Positions 60,644 through 64,000 of a stretch of 64,000 bases of DNA are shown in pieces. The position numbers were made by a program, and so were the translations under genes. The DNA is from Macrostomum hystrix (lineage: Eukaryota; Animalia; Platyhelminthes). Under the pieces are notes generated by a model. That model worked only from the letters and a program-made list of their open reading frames with translations. It was not told where the DNA came from and ran no database searches. Where the stretch lies: the NCBI GenBank assembly GCA_950097015.1, contig CATNEN010000032.1:2790001-2854000 (forward strand), in the 5' to 3' direction. Positions within the stretch are counted from its first letter, which is position 1; every line of letters begins with the position of its first letter.

Positions 60644-63600
60644 GACCTACGAGTATAGATAACTGTAAAGAAGCTCTAAGATTTTTGCTCCATCATAGAC
60701 TATCCTTTTTCCTGCCTGCCCAACTGCACCGGCCGAAACCTTCCTTGCCATACATTAAATGCCCAGTGCCTCGTCATTCATTGTCCGCTACTATCGTGGG
60801 CTCCGCTCATTGTGAAGTGGCGTGCCGGGCTTCCTTCCAAGACTGGCCCCGCCCCATGTCTGTGTTGGCTTCTAATTCTCTTGCTATATTTCTTTTACTG
60901 AGCCAAGAGAGGCAGCCTGATTCCGCTGACTGTTGATGAACTGCGCATTAACACAGATACGGACTTTTTTGCCCCGAATCAATGCGTTTTGTCGCACAAC
61001 CAGAGGCAGAAAATATAGAGACGCGTGAGAGAAATGCCAAAATCTGCACACGCACACACAAACACTGGGTGCAGATGTTGCTTGTAGGAAATAGGGCAGA
61101 CAGTCTCTTGGACAGGATTTTCTGTGAGTCCAAAATTGTGAGGCTTTTTTCTCTCGATTCTCTTCACCGCAAGGGGTTAATTCATGAAGACTCTTTTGCG
61201 TCTTTCTTCTTTTTGTCTGGCGAAACCGTGGGAAAGGCAGATGGACAGTTTTAAGCGTGCCTTGACTAAATGCTGGAGTTTTTTAAGAAAATCAATGCTA
61301 GATTATTTCCCTCTTGTCTCTCTTCTGTCAGTTTCCCTTTTCACGCCTGCTGCGACCTGCTTCGCCCCTGAGCTTATCTAAGCCCACTTGGATGGCCTCT
61401 CCATGGTTCTCTGTTCGGCAGCAAACAGCAAAAAAATTAGTTTTTTAAAGACGCCAACAGAGATAGCTCCCTTCACAGAGCCAGGGTTGTGGACCAATTA
61501 CTGTGTCCGAAATGCGGGACAAGTGGCCTTCTTAACCCGGCTCCCACTTGCGCTCTGCCGCTCTTCCCCGTCCCGGCCGATGCGTGGACAGGCGGGAGGT
61601 CTGGCTTGCTCCTGAGCTTCACATGGACGGGTTGAGGGAAATCCGTTGCGAAGCTTGATCCCTGGCTGATCGCCTGCTGCTGCATCTAGCTACTCTTATA
61701 TCATACACACAGTCTACAGCCACAAGGAGAGAACTAGAAAGGTCTCTGATTCGCATCCAACCACCCTCCTAGTGGCACGACGAATTTTTCTATATAAGAA
61801 GCGGTTTCCGCTTTCTGTGCCGCCCCACCTAGCCGCGGCCTCTCTGAGACCTCTCCATCACAGCCTGACCCGCCCTGTTCCTGTCCCGCAGCAAAAACCA
61901 CCTCCATCCAAGCCCCCACCTACTCCTCGTACCCTCGTATCCTTTGGCTCCTCTGGGTCGCTCCATAGCCCTCCAACTACAGCTGTGCCTTTACCTTGCC
62001 TTCCACTTCTGCCTCTCTGACCACCCTGCACAGCACAATGACAGATGCGACGGCATTTATTGCCACTCGTTCCTCCCTCATCTCTCTCAATGCTCACTGG
62101 GCCCACTGAGAAAGGCCAGATTGTGTTCGCAGATTGCTGCTTCGTTATTTTGGGAATCTGTTTTCTCTCTAAAAACCAATCCCCACCCCCACTGTTCTCG
62201 ACACATCCGGCCGGTACAGAAGAGCAGATTTAGAAAATCTCTGAAACCAATCGGAAACTGTGAAATCAATTTGAACTGAAGTACGAGCTCGTACTATCGT
62301 ATAGCCATATTATCGTTAACACTATGATTTAACAGTGTTAACACTCGCAAAATTATCGCAAAATTAAGTTTTGTTTAATTCACACTTCAAGTTATAATTA
62401 AATTCGATATTGAAATGTAGAGTAAAAACTAGCTTGACTACATAGTGTTTGCCTTTGTTGATTGCAAAATTATATATTTGATTTTGTTATTGTTTTAGCA
62501 GTTTAAAACGTACTGCGAATGGCGTCTAGATTACTAAACACCTGAACTGAAAGCATAGATTAACAAACGATACCAAAGCTTAGTATTTGTTCGACTAATT
62601 CTACGAGGCAGACTTTGTGCCTACAAAACAGGATTGGTCCAGTTTTCTCTTGAGCATCAATATATGACCTGTATGTAGTTTTCCGCTCTGATGGATAGGT
62701 AGTCTAGAATCTTGCCTGTGCTCAATACGGTTGAAGTTGCTTGAGCCAATGGGCACTGAGATAAAAAAAACTTTGGACGATGATAGTCACGTATTTCGTA
62801 GCCGATTTTTCTAAGAATCTTTCTGCTCTATATTTAACGATTAAAATTATTCGAAATAGGTGCTCTGGCACTATATGACATCTGAAGGTTTTCTGAACAG
62901 CCAATAGCTTAAACTATAGTTTTTATATAAAATAGTGGCTTTGGTTACCCCTTTACTTATCTTAGTTTTAAGACTTGCACTTTTACGATCCTTCAATTAA
63001 GCTAGTAGAGCCGATGAGCTCGGCTTAAGCCACAGCTGTGCAGAAGCAGGCAATTAATTAAATTGAGTGATGCATAGAATCAAAACTTAGGGTCGCTGCT
63101 GGTCTCTGTGGCCGTGATTTTAATTTTCGCTTTCGCTTTATGAATCGTAGTAACTAAATAACTGGCTTATGCTTAACTACTGACTTGATTGGTCAGCTAA
63201 ATTATAGGCCTAGTTGTGAGCTAGACTCCGTAGCCTAAACACTATCAAGTTGGAATAGGCTTTTTACCTTTAGATTGTTCTATATTCTATAGAATTTTTT
63301 TTTCTAAACCCTATCGACAGAGTAACCCAGGCTAGGCCTCGGATTGATGCATAAGTAATGGTTTAGGTGAATTAATTTGCAACAGTAGCCTCAATGCCCA
63401 CGGTTCATATAGGAACAATAGACTAGGTCCACAAGCTTGTATCAACTATTCCGTGTTGTCGGCCTTTGGCCCAGATGTCGCTTCGCTGAGCATCGCTGTA
63501 TCGCCCATAACAGTCTAATTTGGAATGGAAAAGCCAATGATTGCGGATTGACTGTCTGGCCCGCTACCAATCTTGCTTGCAGTCAACTCATAAATCACTA

Positions 63601-64000
63601 TTCCTATCTCTGATGTACTCACATTGGCCAGCATTGAATAAATATTTCAGTAGCCTTCAGTTATAGCTTTCGACTATAGTTAGCGTAGGCAGCAGATTGC
63701 ACACCTATTTGGCTGATTAACTAATCCCTGGCTAGTGACTCCACTCTTCCAGAGGCTTAATCTCACATTCCCGTTGATTCTCATTGCTGATAGATTGCTA
63801 TAAAGCATTTTATTTCTGTTTTCTTACTGAGGCCGCCACGAGAAACTAGACATTGTTAGATGCTGTAGGTAGGTCATTTTAGCTGGTTAATGCCCCTTTG
63901 TAGTAAAAAGTACTTTCAAAACTCTTCATGTGAGCTCAACAACTACAAGCCAATCGTGTATTGTATGTAAAATGATTATGGCAAGGTTTTGACTTTTAAC

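Noticed and set aside
61690-62280. Short Pro/Gly-rich ORFs on both strands
   Set aside because: Low-complexity purine/pyrimidine-skewed sequence without domain or splice evidence

Overview
Eukaryotic (animal) genomic DNA, rich in repeats and transposons. Spliceosomal GT-AG introns, GC-rich exons with poly-Ala/Gln/Ser tracts and a probable 34-bp intron resemble a flatworm such as Macrostomum, but that assignment is inference only. Host genes: a 4-exon two-pore K+ channel (minus, 7388-13847); a head-to-head 9-exon SLC1/EAAT-family transporter (plus, 15401-24069, with one extra base in exon 1 and unusual ion-site residues); two intronless GDA1/CD39 NTPDase paralogues from a 2.2-2.5 kb duplication, the second lacking its C-terminal hydrophobic tail; and a MyTH4-FERM protein (about 58667-60643). 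Mobile DNA: the right part of a Polinton/Maverick-like element with a stop-free, apparently spliced PolB-plus-endonuclease-VII gene that the ORF track missed; a young full-length Ty3/Gypsy element inside a 51-bp minisatellite in an SLC1 intron, with a -1 frameshift signal and one nonsense codon; a decayed BEL/Pao element plus a second BEL fragment; an intron-containing Helitron remnant; a DD34D mariner; a probable SINE; and a recurring modular repeat whose inner ends abut unrelated DNA. One such neighbour is a 101-bp RT+integrase mosaic of the resident Gypsy family, next to very homogeneous minisatellites. No CRISPR array, rRNA or intact tRNA gene was seen. All alignments and counts were done by eye.
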